From Sulfolobales archaeon (GTDB lineage: Archaea > Thermoproteota > Thermoprotei_A > Sulfolobales > AG1), in NCBI GenBank assembly GCA_038867615.1, contig JAWBYA010000006.1:1-64000 (forward strand): a stretch of 64,000 nt of DNA, written 5' to 3'. Each line of letters opens with the position of its first letter. Within the stretch, counting starts at the first letter, position 1. This document shows, one piece after another, positions 1 to 10,760 of this stretch. The notes under the pieces are model-generated. The model ran no database searches and had not been told where the DNA came from. It saw only the letters and a program-made list of their open reading frames with translations. The translations under genes and the position numbers were made by a program.

Positions 1-1
1 T

Positions 2-252
2 AACGGCTCGAGAATAGGTATATGCTCGCTAGGTAGGGAGAAATGGCATAGGGATGTCGTTGCATGCTATAATTTATTGTTAAAAGCCCTGGGTGGTGAT
101 GGGAGCAGCGCTCCAAGCCACCCAGGGTTCAACCTAGATGGGAGCCACATGCCGTTTGGCTCGACGGCAGCCCATGAACCCATGGGGATAAAGAGATCCC
201 TGTGGGCGAGGTTGAAGTCCCTGGATATTCCTTCATATCCAGGGACAAACGG
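2..252 (+). mobile_element. tnpB: 3' end of an IS607-type element: tnpB C-terminus, omegaRNA region and right end (family A); 5' part lies outside the window
   Basis: Frame open from nt 2 reads ...C..WHRDVVACYNLLLKALGGDGSSAPSHPG..LWARLKSL, i.e. a RuvC-III-like motif plus a crenarchaeal TnpB tail. Hairpin GTCCCTGGAT...ATCCAGGGAC followed by AAACGG. The same sequence recurs at 15224-15412 on the minus strand. Confidence 0.8.
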
Positions 253-949
253 TTTGGTGAGATTCTCGGATGAGATGTTAAAGAGGGTTCACATTACTGG
301 GTTATCAAAACTACCTATACCCGAGGATGAAGAGACGCGAAGGAGGTTGAGAGGCTGGCTATTACCAGTTAAATTCGATGTCGGGCTATCGTTCTTCATG
401 GTATTCATCGTGACAATGCCTGCTGTAATACTAACTATAGAGGTTCTGCGCCCAATGCACACCGCGCCCTCAGGCCTTGCACTAGTCGCAGCCCAGGTGG
501 CATGGCTCACCCAGACCTTGGGACCCTGGGCAGGGGTTATATGGTGGCTTGGTGCATTCTTCGCACTCTGGGGGACTTTCTACTCGCTCCACGAGGTATA
601 TATGTGGACGATCTACGATATGCTGAGAGGCACGTTTAGAAAGGCTGTCGATATCACCCCCAACAAGGTCAGGCTATATCTATGGCCCTACCTAGTTATA
701 GTTGGTAGCATCTTATTCATCACAGGCTTCTCACTACCAATGCTAGCGGCTTTCGCAACTGCTGCTACCCATCTCTTCGCCCTAGCCCTATGGGGCATAG
801 CACTGCTCTACCTAAACATGAGATACCTACCAAAGCCCTATAGACCCCACATAGTGGTGGTAATACTAGCAACAATAGGTATTGCCGTGTACCTACCATA
901 CGGAATAATACAGCTAATCCAGGTCTTCATACCAACATTTAGAATATGA
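253..949 (+). pseudogene. C-terminal half of an Nramp/APC-like transporter, interrupted by the tnpB element and in frame with TnpB
   Basis: Multi-TM hydrophobic sequence resembling the C-half of the adjacent 514-aa transporter; begins abruptly at the element's GG end. Confidence 0.65.
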
Positions 950-1308
950 AAAGCAGCGCGCGAAGATAAAGTTCCTCGAGATCCCCGAGGCTCTTTTTCT
1001 CCTAACTCGAATCTTCGAGCTGGTTTGTCCGCCAAATTATCGATTCAGACAAGCCCCCATATTTCATCGTATATCCTATATATCCTGCGATAAGGTTCTA
1101 CATACCTCATATATGTATATTGAAAAATTTTTATCCCCAGCCAAACTATACCTCATTTATAAGGCTCGACTTTCAAAAAGCATTATATCAATGTATAATA
1201 CCTATGGTACCTATTAGTCTTAATTATATTATCGTTAATCTCTGAATTAAGATTTATAAGTTTGAATTAAGGTTTATAAGCTTAGTTTGAATAATAGAGT
1301 GCGAAGAG

Positions 1309-2853
1309 GTGCTCTTCGTGGGCGGCAACAATAACAACGATGATAGTAAAGCTGCTGTGAAGCTTGAGAAGGTTAAAGAGACATACCCACTCGGTGAGGG
1401 CCCTGCTCTGGAGGTTGTTGAAAAGCTACCCACGCCCCAGGAGGTATTCAACGTCTCCAAGCCTTCTTGTTGGAAGATCTATGCAGCAATGCTAGGCCCT
1501 GCATTCATAGCCCTGGGCGGGGCTATAGGTAGCGGGGAATGGCTGCTAGGCCCTGCGGTGGCAGCTAAATATGGGCTTGGTCTGTTCTGGCTAGTATGGA
1601 TCGGGGTAGTATTACAGACGATATATAATATAGCCTTCGCAAGAGTCACCGCAGCCATAGGCGAGCCAGCACTCGTCTATATGGCTAGGAATAAGCCTAG
1701 AGCCTTCTGGATACCATTCCTAACAGCTGCACTAATTATTGGCTACGTATGGCCCGGCTGGGCTTTAGCAGCTGCTACAGGCTTAGGCGTATTCATCCTA
1801 GGCCGAGTACCAGGAGCTGAAGAAGCAGCCTTTGTAAGGTATCTAGGCATGGCTCTATTCCTACTAGCCCTCCTAATAGTAATGATAGGAGGTAAAATAG
1901 CCGCAACCCTGGAGCTGATCTTCAGATACGCAGTCATCTTTATCACGATATCTGTATTCATCTTAGCACTGATGGTTGTTACACCTGAGGTGTGGAACGA
2001 ATTTCTAGCAGGTCTTGTAAATATAGGCTATATACCCAAGGGTGTTGATATCTTCCTCCTCGGAGGCTGGTGGGCATATATAGCATGGGCCTCGGCATTC
2101 AACTACCTGCTAACCAACTACTATAGAGATAAAGGCTATGGCATGAGCTATCTAGTAGGCTACATACCAGCCATGATAGGTGGTAAAAAGATAGAGCTAT
2201 CAGCAACAGGAAAAATATTCAAAATAACCCCTGAAAACCTAGCAACCTGGAGGCTCTGGGAGAGATTAATAATGGCGGATCAATGGCTAATATTCGCAAC
2301 CTTCGCCTTCCTAGGCATGGTTCTACCATCCATTATGGTTAGAAGCGTAGTACCCCTAGGAACAGATCTACCTGCCTGGGGCATTGCCGCCCATGTAGCA
2401 AACCAGTTTGGCGCCAGGTGGGGACCGATAGGTTTCTATTTCATAGCATTCATAGGATTCCTAATACTATGGACTACGCAGCTACAGATTATGGATATGC
2501 TGACCAGGAATGTTACCGATATACTCTGGAGCACTTCTGAGCGTGTTAGAAGATGGGCTAAGGGCGATGTCAGGAGGGTTTACTACGCATTCTTCCTCGG
2601 ATATACGGCATTCGCTATGTGGGCTATATGGCAGGCACCCCCGCTGGTTCTCCTACTGATCTCTGCTAATATCGCTAACTTCGGAGGCTTCTACGCATGG
2701 ATCCTGCTATGGAACATAAACAGAAAGCTGCCCAAAGAGATAAGGCTGAAATGGTACTACTGGCCACCAATAATACTCTTCAGCGCCATATGCATGTTCT
2801 TCTTCATATCAGTATTCATACTAGGACAGCTGCTGGGTATAAAGATATTCTGA
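1309..2853 (+). CDS. Nramp-family/APC-superfamily membrane transporter
   Basis: GPAFIALGGAIGSGEW TM1 motif, many TM helices, YYRDKGYGM motif. Confidence 0.75.
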   Translation: MLFVGGNNNNDDSKAAVKLEKVKETYPLGEGPALEVVEKLPTPQEVFNVSKPSCWKIYAAMLGPAFIALGGAIGSGEWLLGPAVAAKYGLGLFWLVWIGVVLQTIYNIAFARVTAAIGEPALVYMARNKPRAFWIPFLTAALIIGYVWPGWALAAATGLGVFILGRVPGAEEAAFVRYLGMALFLLALLIVMIGGKIAATLELIFRYAVIFITISVFILALMVVTPEVWNEFLAGLVNIGYIPKGVDIFLLGGWWAYIAWASAFNYLLTNYYRDKGYGMSYLVGYIPAMIGGKKIELSATGKIFKITPENLATWRLWERLIMADQWLIFATFAFLGMVLPSIMVRSVVPLGTDLPAWGIAAHVANQFGARWGPIGFYFIAFIGFLILWTTQLQIMDMLTRNVTDILWSTSERVRRWAKGDVRRVYYAFFLGYTAFAMWAIWQAPPLVLLLISANIANFGGFYAWILLWNINRKLPKEIRLKWYYWPPIILFSAICMFFFISVFILGQLLGIKIF

Positions 2854-2976
2854 GGTTCTTTTTAAACCCACCCCATCAATCTTTTTAATAATCGCTCTTT
2901 TTCAAGCAGGTGTGCTTTTATCTTTGACTACGAGAAGGCCTAGCAACATGGGGACCAACGGTGATCAGAGTAGCTC

Positions 2977-3588
2977 TTAATCATGCTTAAGTTTATAGAC
3001 CACCAACTCTTCGAAGAAGAGCTTCTTCCTAGCTATGATCCTATAGGTGAGTCCTTCTGCTCTCATACGATCTTCGAAGAGGCTTAGATCTCCTAGTGAG
3101 GATAGCACTATATATAGAGATCCTTGTCTTGAGAGTGGTTTGAGGACACTCTTAACCATCTCTATAGCTCTATCAACGCCCCGCTCTCCACCGCTCCACG
3201 TGATCTCGAGCCACGTGCTTCTCTCATTTACTGGGAGGTATGGAGGGTTTATTGCCACTAGATCTATGCTTTCTTCTCTGAGGCATGTGGCGCCATCGCA
3301 CTGCATGAGGGAGACGTGATCCACGCATTCTCTAGATAGATGTTTCCTCATATATTCGATTGAGCATGGGCTTATATCGATTGCTACTATCTCGTGAAAA
3401 GTGTCTTTCTTCATGAGTTCTAGGCATAGCTGTTGGGCTATGTAGCCGCTTCCGGTCCCCAGATCTAGTATGATCCTTGATCTACGTAGATCTTCTTGAG
3501 ATCCTAGGAGGGTTTCTGTGAGCAGGTAGGTGTCATCGGATGGCCTATAGATCTGCTCCTCGGGGTTTGGGCATCTATAGACCTCCAT
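2977..3588 (-). CDS. HemK2/PrmC-like release-factor glutamine methyltransferase
   Basis: YRPSDDTYLL, DLGTGSG and NPPY motifs; KKLFFEEL tail. Confidence 0.85.
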   Translation of the reverse strand: MEVYRCPNPEEQIYRPSDDTYLLTETLLGSQEDLRRSRIILDLGTGSGYIAQQLCLELMKKDTFHEIVAIDISPCSIEYMRKHLSRECVDHVSLMQCDGATCLREESIDLVAINPPYLPVNERSTWLEITWSGGERGVDRAIEMVKSVLKPLSRQGSLYIVLSSLGDLSLFEDRMRAEGLTYRIIARKKLFFEELVVYKLKHD

Positions 3589-4144
3589 GGTGCTGAGATC
3601 TCTTGTGCATTATCTCTTGTGCAGCTGTTACTATGATCCTCACCATGGTCTCCTGATCAATCCTCTCGGTGTTGATCACTATATCATGGATGCTCAGATC
3701 ATCTATGTCTATTCCATATAGCTTCTTAAACCTTCTCCTCATAGCCTCCTCCCTAACCCTTATCCTCCTCATAGCCTCTCCAAGATCTATACCATCCCTC
3801 TCAGAAACCCTCCTAGCCCTTGTCTCAAAAGGTGCTGTAACATAGACTAGAAGATCTGCATACCCCTTAACCATCCATGTAGCTATATGCCCCTCAATAA
3901 CTATATCTCCTCTCATAGCCTCCTCCTTAGCTCTACCATCTATCTCAAGGTCTATTGAGGGGTCTTGCTCAGCAACCAAGTCAAGCTCCTCCACCGAGAG
4001 ACCCCGCTGGGCAGCGATACTCCTAAATATAGATCCTGTGGAATGGTACCTCAGCCCAAGCTCCCTAGCAACCGTAGATGCTAGCGTTGACTTCCCAGAT
4101 CCTGGGGGGCCGCTGATCGCTATAACCAACCCCCTGCTCCTCAT
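3575..4144 (-). CDS. cmk: cytidylate kinase (archaeal type)
   Basis: ISGPPGSGKST P-loop, GSIFR, YGIDIDDLSI; adjacent to rpl34e. Confidence 0.9.
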   Translation of the reverse strand: MRSRGLVIAISGPPGSGKSTLASTVARELGLRYHSTGSIFRSIAAQRGLSVEELDLVAEQDPSIDLEIDGRAKEEAMRGDIVIEGHIATWMVKGYADLLVYVTAPFETRARRVSERDGIDLGEAMRRIRVREEAMRRRFKKLYGIDIDDLSIHDIVINTERIDQETMVRIIVTAAQEIMHKRSQHHGGL

Positions 4145-4413
4145 AACCCACTACTCCTGATACTCTCCTTAAGAATCTCCTCAAGGCATCTATGGCAGAG
4201 CATCCCGCCAAAAAGCCTGTTAGGCCTCTTAGAGCTCTTCGGCAGCGTCCTAAGATCCCCCATATCCCTCGGAACACCGTTGAGCACAGCACCGCATCTG
4301 CCACACCTAGCTATAACCCTGGTATCCCGTCTATAATGAGTTACCGTGTTACCCCCGGGTGTTCTAACCTTAATCCTTTTGAGAGACCTCGACCTGAGCC
4401 TCGGGCTCACCAT
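4141..4413 (-). CDS. rpl34e: 50S ribosomal protein L34e
   Basis: RTPGG, CxxCG..LNGV, KRPNRLFGGMLCHRC. Confidence 0.95.
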   Translation of the reverse strand: MVSPRLRSRSLKRIKVRTPGGNTVTHYRRDTRVIARCGRCGAVLNGVPRDMGDLRTLPKSSKRPNRLFGGMLCHRCLEEILKESIRSSGL

Positions 4414-4424
4414 GGTTCTCTGGG

Positions 4425-4958
4425 ATGTTTATATCACTAAGGCTTAAAAGACTTTTAGGTCTATGTATCGTGATGATACCAAATATATACGCGATACACA
4501 TCACCATCATGACGATCTACCTCGTACTGATCTCAGCCTATCTTATCAGGAGAAGCGTGAAGCCCGAGAGAATAGCAGGCGAGGTTCCAAGAATAGCTAG
4601 AGACATAGAGAAGGCATCGAAGGTAAAGTCTAAGAAAAAGGCGGGCGTGATTGGGATGAGGTATAGAAGGCTTAGGGGCAGAATATTCAGAGTAACAATG
4701 ATAATGGCGACAATACCGCTGATAATGATGGTACTCGTACTCCTCTACAGCTACGCCGTGTTCGGTGAAAGAGGTCTTGCAGCACCAGGTACATGCTCCC
4801 TCCCACCCCCAATAGAGATCGAGATCGTTGTCGAGGGTAGGAGTATCTGCTACGTATATATAGTCTGGATCAGCTTCCTAGCATATCTAATGATCCTCCC
4901 ACTATATAATAGAATATCAGGCACAGACATCCTAAAAAGCATTGGCGAAAGAAGATAG
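4425..4958 (+). CDS. DUF106/EMC3-TMCO1-like (Oxa1 superfamily) membrane protein; start uncertain
   Basis: TM1 - basic coiled coil - TM2 - loop - TM3 topology; neighbour of rpl34e/cmk as in archaeal gene order. Confidence 0.55.
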   Translation: MFISLRLKRLLGLCIVMIPNIYAIHITIMTIYLVLISAYLIRRSVKPERIAGEVPRIARDIEKASKVKSKKKAGVIGMRYRRLRGRIFRVTMIMATIPLIMMVLVLLYSYAVFGERGLAAPGTCSLPPPIEIEIVVEGRSICYVYIVWISFLAYLMILPLYNRISGTDILKSIGERR

Positions 4959-4968
4959 AGCTGAAAAC

Positions 4969-5832
4969 CTAACGGGATCCAGACTCCTTCTGCCTCTTCA
5001 AAGCATTATCCAAAGCAACAAGCTCCTCTGGATCCATGCTCCAATACCTAGCAACGTCAGGGAAAAGACCCCTTCTAGCCTCATCAGCATAGCTCTTAAT
5101 AGCATCCACAAAGATCCTATATGCATCGCTATACTTCTTAGCAAAGGGCGGAGGGTTTGGGTTAAGACCCACCAGATCGTGGAACACAAGGATCTGCCCA
5201 TCACAACCTGGACCCGAGCCTATACATATAGTCGGGATCCTGAGCCTCTTCGTAATAATCTCGGCAACCTCGCGCGCAGTATATTCTATAACTATTGAGA
5301 AAACACCCGCCTCTTCCAAAGCATGGGCAGCCTCGATAAGCTCCAGAGCCTCGTCAGCCTTCTTACCTTTCAGCCCCATACCCCTTGCAAGAGACCTCTG
5401 CGGGTTCAGCCCTAGATGCCCCATAACAGGGATCCCGGCTTTCACCAGGCTCTCAACGATCCCAACGATCTCGATACCCCCCTCGAGCTTCACAGCCCCA
5501 GCGCCTCTCCTTATAAGCTTAGAGGCATTCCTAAGAGCCTCTTTTCTCCCAAGCTCGTAGCTCATGAAGGGCATGTCAGCAACAACAAGACTCCTTGGAT
5601 TAGCATTCACAACAGCCCTTAGGTGGTGAAGGATCATACCCATAGTAACTGGGAGGGTTGATTGAAAACCCATCACAACCATTCCCAGAGAGTCACCGAC
5701 AAGAATACCGTCAACACCAGCCTCGTCAGCCGCTCTAGCCTGGTAATAATCATACGCTGTGACCATAACTATCTTCTCACCCCTCTTCTTAGCTTTAATG
5801 AAATCACTTGGAGTAACTCTCCTAACGCTCAA
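4969..5832 (-). CDS. panB: 3-methyl-2-oxobutanoate hydroxymethyltransferase
   Basis: TAYD, ILVGDSLG, VADMPF, VKLEGG, GHLGL, IGSGPGCDGQILV; TTG start after GGGG chosen. Confidence 0.95.
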   Translation of the reverse strand: MSVRRVTPSDFIKAKKRGEKIVMVTAYDYYQARAADEAGVDGILVGDSLGMVVMGFQSTLPVTMGMILHHLRAVVNANPRSLVVADMPFMSYELGRKEALRNASKLIRRGAGAVKLEGGIEIVGIVESLVKAGIPVMGHLGLNPQRSLARGMGLKGKKADEALELIEAAHALEEAGVFSIVIEYTAREVAEIITKRLRIPTICIGSGPGCDGQILVFHDLVGLNPNPPPFAKKYSDAYRIFVDAIKSYADEARRGLFPDVARYWSMDPEELVALDNALKRQKESGSR

Positions 5833-5933
5833 GAGACCCCTTAATGATAATGCTAAGGAGTTGATAAGCAATAACAAGATCCCACAGAGAAAACGCTTAT
5901 AGGCTTCGAGCATAAATGCTCTTGGAATGAGAT

Positions 5934-6242
5934 ATGCCGGCAATAGAGGTTGGGAGGATCTGTGTCAAACTGAGAGGAAGAGAAGCTGGGAGAAAATGCG
6001 TTATAGTAGATATCATAGACGATAACTACGTCCTAATAACAGGACCGAAAGAGCTATCAGGGGTTAAGAGGAGGAGGATCAATATAAACCACATAGAACC
6101 CACAGAGAAAAAGATATCGATAAGCAAAGGAGCACAGGACCCCGAAGTGATCGAGGCTATAAAGAGAGAGGGCCTCGAAGAATACATGAAAGAAAGAATA
6201 AAGATCCCGAGCACAAAGCTCATAACAGTGATTAAGAGATAA
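5934..6242 (+). CDS. rpl14e: 50S ribosomal protein L14e
   Basis: IEVGRICVKLRGREAGRKCVIVDIID..ITGPK..GVKRRRIN. Confidence 0.95.
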   Translation: MPAIEVGRICVKLRGREAGRKCVIVDIIDDNYVLITGPKELSGVKRRRININHIEPTEKKISISKGAQDPEVIEAIKREGLEEYMKERIKIPSTKLITVIKR

Positions 6243-6677
6243 AAACCAGCCACAACCAAAGACCTTTAAATACCCATCACTAGCCCATTAACACTAATCA
6301 GTGTTTATTAACATTATTTCGCATCTAGAACCCTCACTCCATAGGGATCACTTTAACTCTAAGACCCTTGCATGAAGAACCAAGCTTCATAGCAATCAGC
6401 ATTATTAATACTAGCTTGCATAAACGTTCTTGATCGAGGACAGGAAGTATTTCGCATCTTAAAGCTTACAAAGGGGTTATGCCATATAGTTTTAATGACA
6501 TAAAGATCCATACGAGTCTGAGCCATGATTTCCTGCTATCCCTTAACCTCCTGACATTCCCATGCATATCATTTGAGTTGCCCGTTTGACCTTCTCGTTT
6601 ATCAACAAACATCTCTCAAGTGTGTTGCAATCTATGATATATAAAAATTGATAGAGTCTGTGTCATGGGTTAGGCTT

Positions 6678-7835
6678 ATGAGGATAACTGGTGTTGAAGC
6701 GTATGTGTTGAGATACTATGTTGATAAGCCTGTAACAGGTTTTAGGAGTCATTATGCCGATGTCTCTTCGAGAATCGGTCATGGATTTGCTGCGGTATAT
6801 GTTAAGATAAGCACTGATGAGGGTATCACTGGCTGGGGTGAGGCTATAGCTAGGGAGGCGCCTTCGGCTAGTGCTGCTGTGATCAACGAGCTGTTCAGAC
6901 CCCTGCTTTTGGGTAGGGATCCTCTGGATCATGAGGTGTTATGGGAGGAGCTGTTCTCGGTAATGAGGGTTAGAGGGCACTTCGCAGGCTACTATATCGA
7001 GGCACTCTCAGGCGTGGATCTAGCTCTATGGGATATTAAGGGTAAGTATTTCGGCAAGCCGGTAAGCAAGCTACTGGGCGGCTCGTTTAGGGATAGGGTT
7101 AAGGCCTATGCATCCTCTATAGTGTTCATGAAGCCCGAAGATGCTGCTAGAGAGGCTGCTAAACTTTTAGAGCAGGGGTTTAGGTATATTAAGGTTAAGG
7201 TGGGTAGGGGCTTTGATATGGATAGGGAGGTTATCAAGGCTATAAGAGACTCTCTAGGTAGCGAGGTAGAGATCATGGCTGATGCCAACACAGCATACAA
7301 CGTGGCTACAGCAATAAGAGTGGGTAGAATGCTTGAGAGGTACGAAGCAGTCTGGTTCGAAGAACCAGTACCGCCTGATAATATCGAGGCCTATGTAGAG
7401 ATCTCCAGAACCCTAGACATACCAATAGCAGCTGCTGAAACCCTTTTCACCAAATACCAGTGGCTAATGTTTATGCAGAGAAAAGCCATGGATATAGCAA
7501 TGCCCGACATAGCAAGAGTTGGAGGCATAACCGAAGCCCTCAAAATCGCAGCCCTAGCAGACTCCTTCGGCATACCCATGACATTCCATATAGGCCTATC
7601 AGGCGCTGGGTGCAGAGCAGCAACACTCCAATTCATAGCCTCACTACCCAGCCACCTGATCTTCACACCAGCCTACGAGTATTACTACGTAGAGAAGAAC
7701 CCCCTAGCCTACCAGATAACCAAGGATCCCGTCGAAGTATTCAGCAACGACGACGTTCTAATACAAAACAAACCAGGACTAGGCCTGGTGATCGATGAGG
7801 CAAATCTAAAAAGCTACATTGCGGAGATTAAATAG
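6678..7835 (+). CDS. mandelate racemase/muconate lactonizing enzyme family (enolase superfamily) protein
   Basis: SGVDLALWDIKGK, KVKVG, DAN, WFEEP, AAE, PGLG motifs. Confidence 0.9.
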   Translation: MRITGVEAYVLRYYVDKPVTGFRSHYADVSSRIGHGFAAVYVKISTDEGITGWGEAIAREAPSASAAVINELFRPLLLGRDPLDHEVLWEELFSVMRVRGHFAGYYIEALSGVDLALWDIKGKYFGKPVSKLLGGSFRDRVKAYASSIVFMKPEDAAREAAKLLEQGFRYIKVKVGRGFDMDREVIKAIRDSLGSEVEIMADANTAYNVATAIRVGRMLERYEAVWFEEPVPPDNIEAYVEISRTLDIPIAAAETLFTKYQWLMFMQRKAMDIAMPDIARVGGITEALKIAALADSFGIPMTFHIGLSGAGCRAATLQFIASLPSHLIFTPAYEYYYVEKNPLAYQITKDPVEVFSNDDVLIQNKPGLGLVIDEANLKSYIAEIK

Positions 7836-8097
7836 TCTCACATAATAAATAAAGTTGTCGGCTCTCTAACCGTATTTCTCTCAACCAAACTCTTAGGCCT
7901 CTCAGCAAATTCCGCTGATCACCGGATCTTAAGGGATCTTTATATTACTTTAAACATGAAAGCAAAAGTTATCACACCCCTTGGACTGCCTCATACGCAT
8001 TTATAGTGTAGAAATTGTTAAAAGCTTTTACTTAGAGAACTATCTAATATACATATCTTTTACAACAATATTTATTATTCCTCATACTGTTAATTGA

Positions 8098-9561
8098 TTG
8101 GCGAGTCTTATGAAGATTGTTAGTTCTATCATTAAAGGAGAGCCTGTAATCCATGATGAAAAATATAAAATCTATAACCCCGCCGATACCAGAGAGATCG
8201 TGTCCGAGTACTCGCCAGCTACTCTAGATGATGTTAAATACGCGTTTGAGGTTGCTAGCGAGACATTCAGTTTATGGAGCTCGAAAACCCCTCATGAGAG
8301 GGCTAAAATTCTATATAGGGCTGCTAATATCGTTGAGGAGGAGTTTGAAGACCTAGCCAGGCTTTTGACCAGAGAGATGGGGAAGACTATTAATGAGAGT
8401 AGGGCTGAGGTAGAGAGGGTTCCCTGGATACTTAGGTTCTATGCATCGCTCATAGTCAGGATCAATGGTTATACAATCCCATCCCAACTTAGAGAGGGCC
8501 TCATACTAACTGTGAGAGAGCCTTTGGGCGTTGTGAGCGTTATAACGCCCTGGAATTTCCCCATATCAATACCAGCATGGAAGATAGTACCAGCAATAGC
8601 AACTGGAAACACTGTGGTGTTTAAACCAGCATCAATCACCCCAACAATTGCCTATAGATTCGTTGAGATCCTCCACAGAGCAGGACTCCCACCGGGTGTT
8701 GTTAACCTCATTATAGGCTCTGGGGGAAAGATCGGGAGAGAGATGGTTACTAATAAGCATGTGGAGGCAATATCATTCACAGGATCAACAGATACCGGGA
8801 CCGAGATCAGCAGGATTGTAGGGGATCTTGATAGGCATGTGAGACTCCAGCTAGAGCTCGGAGGTAAAAACGCTACTATAGTGACTGACGACGCCCCCCT
8901 AAACGAGGCTGTAGAGATCATTGTCAGAGGCGCCTTCGCAGTAGCCGGGCAGGTGTGTGCAGCAACGAGTAGAGTGATCGTGCATAGAGATCTCTATGAT
9001 AAGCTTGTCGAAGCCCTCAAAGTCAGGATCGATCGTATGAAGGTGGGGAACGGCCTCGACCCTTCAACAGATATGGGGCCTCTAGCCAGCATGGATCAGA
9101 AGAAGAAGGTTCTCTCATACATAGAGATCGGCAAGAACGAGGGCGCCAAGCTAGTATATGGAGGATATGCTTTGGAAAGCGGTGACTATGCCTATGGTTA
9201 TTACGTTAAACCAACACTATTCACAGACTGCGAGCCCAAGCACAGGATATTCCAGGAAGAGATATTCGGCCCCGTGCTCTGCGTAACCCCATACTCAAGC
9301 ATAGACGAAGCAATAGAGCTGGCCAACTCTGTTAAATACGGCCTTGTCCTCGGGATCGTTAGCAGGGATCCGCGTAAGTTTATGAAGATAGCCCGAGAAG
9401 CAAAGGTTGGGGTTGTTAGAATTAACAGACAGACCACAGGAATGGAGTTCCAAGCACCATTCGGAGGCGTAAAGGCTTCTGGCAATGACCTCTATAAAGA
9501 ACAGGGTATAGAGGCTTTGGACTTCTACACAAGAATAAAGACGATCTATATGCACTGGTGA
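8098..9561 (+). CDS. NAD(P)-dependent aldehyde dehydrogenase (2,5-dioxopentanoate dehydrogenase-like)
   Basis: ITPWNFP, FTGS, LELGGKN, GQVC, EEIFGPV, PFGGVKASG. Confidence 0.9.
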   Translation: MASLMKIVSSIIKGEPVIHDEKYKIYNPADTREIVSEYSPATLDDVKYAFEVASETFSLWSSKTPHERAKILYRAANIVEEEFEDLARLLTREMGKTINESRAEVERVPWILRFYASLIVRINGYTIPSQLREGLILTVREPLGVVSVITPWNFPISIPAWKIVPAIATGNTVVFKPASITPTIAYRFVEILHRAGLPPGVVNLIIGSGGKIGREMVTNKHVEAISFTGSTDTGTEISRIVGDLDRHVRLQLELGGKNATIVTDDAPLNEAVEIIVRGAFAVAGQVCAATSRVIVHRDLYDKLVEALKVRIDRMKVGNGLDPSTDMGPLASMDQKKKVLSYIEIGKNEGAKLVYGGYALESGDYAYGYYVKPTLFTDCEPKHRIFQEEIFGPVLCVTPYSSIDEAIELANSVKYGLVLGIVSRDPRKFMKIAREAKVGVVRINRQTTGMEFQAPFGGVKASGNDLYKEQGIEALDFYTRIKTIYMHW

Positions 9562-10604
9562 TCCCCATGAAGGCAGCTGTTCTTAAAAAACCTCAAGATC
9601 GATTCTACATCGAGGACATAGAGACTCCCAAGCCAACGGGGCACGAGATCCTTGTGAGGGTAAGAGCCGCTGGCATGTGTCACACCGATATACATATATG
9701 GGAGGGGCATTTCGGACCAATAAGGGTTGAGGAGAGGGGCGTTAGATTTCCCCTAGTAATGGGGCATGAGATCGCTGGCGAGGTTGCCGAGATAGGCGAT
9801 CAGGTTAGGGGGCTTCAGAAGGGAGACTATGTTGTTATTTACCCATGGATAGGTGATGGTGTGTGTAAGAGATGCCTCGTAGGGGATGAGAACCTATGTG
9901 TTAGAGGAACAGCACCCCTAGGGATCCTGAGAAACGGGGGCTATGCTGAATACGTCCTTGTCCCCCACTGGAGATATGCCGTGAAGATCGGAGGGGCTTA
10001 TCTCGATAAGATCGCCCCAGCAGCATGTGGAGGTATAACAGCCTATAACGCTGTTAGGAAAGCCGCATTAGAGCCTGGAGACCATGTGATGATCCTCGGT
10101 ATAGGCGGGCTAGGACACCTAGCAATCCAAATGGCTAGAAAGATCTATGGAGCCTCGGTGATAGCAGTAGACATTAGAGAAGAGGCTTTAAGACTCGCTG
10201 AAAAGCTCGGAGCAGAGTATCTGATCAACCCATCCAAGGCTAAGATCGACGAGGAGGTGATGAAAATAACAGGAGGCATAGGAGTCGATGCAGCCATAGA
10301 CTTCGTCGGCACCGCAGCCACATTCAGCGACGCCCTAAGATCCCTTAAAAGAGGAGGCAGACTCGTAGTAGTAGGATTAATGGGAGAATACGCAACATTC
10401 ACAATACCCCTACTACCAATGAGAGGCATGGAGATAAGAGGCGCCTACGTCGGGGGATTAAGAGATCTATATGACGTTGCAAGGCTTATCGAGAAACAGA
10501 TAATAAGTATCGAGACATCAACATACCCACTCGAAGAGATAAACGACGTATTCGACAGGTTTAGAAAAGGACTCATAACAGGGAGAGCAATAATCACACC
10601 CTAG
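9558..10604 (+). CDS. zinc-dependent alcohol dehydrogenase
   Basis: CHTD, GHE, structural Zn cysteines, GIGGLG. Confidence 0.9.
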   Translation: MIPMKAAVLKKPQDRFYIEDIETPKPTGHEILVRVRAAGMCHTDIHIWEGHFGPIRVEERGVRFPLVMGHEIAGEVAEIGDQVRGLQKGDYVVIYPWIGDGVCKRCLVGDENLCVRGTAPLGILRNGGYAEYVLVPHWRYAVKIGGAYLDKIAPAACGGITAYNAVRKAALEPGDHVMILGIGGLGHLAIQMARKIYGASVIAVDIREEALRLAEKLGAEYLINPSKAKIDEEVMKITGGIGVDAAIDFVGTAATFSDALRSLKRGGRLVVVGLMGEYATFTIPLLPMRGMEIRGAYVGGLRDLYDVARLIEKQIISIETSTYPLEEINDVFDRFRKGLITGRAIITP

Positions 10605-10760
10605 ATACCACCATGACATGAATAACACTAACCATAAAAGCCCGAACCATTCGTTCTTGAAGCGTTATCAAAGCCCCATAGTTTTCAGAAGCTATAAAAG
10701 TACTCCTATCTATATGCCTTAGACTCTTTATAGGCATAAGTATATAACTTGAGATTTAGC

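Noticed and set aside
950-1030. Imperfect long hairpin after the broken transporter
   Set aside because: Weak pairing and no second copy; cannot be distinguished from chance.
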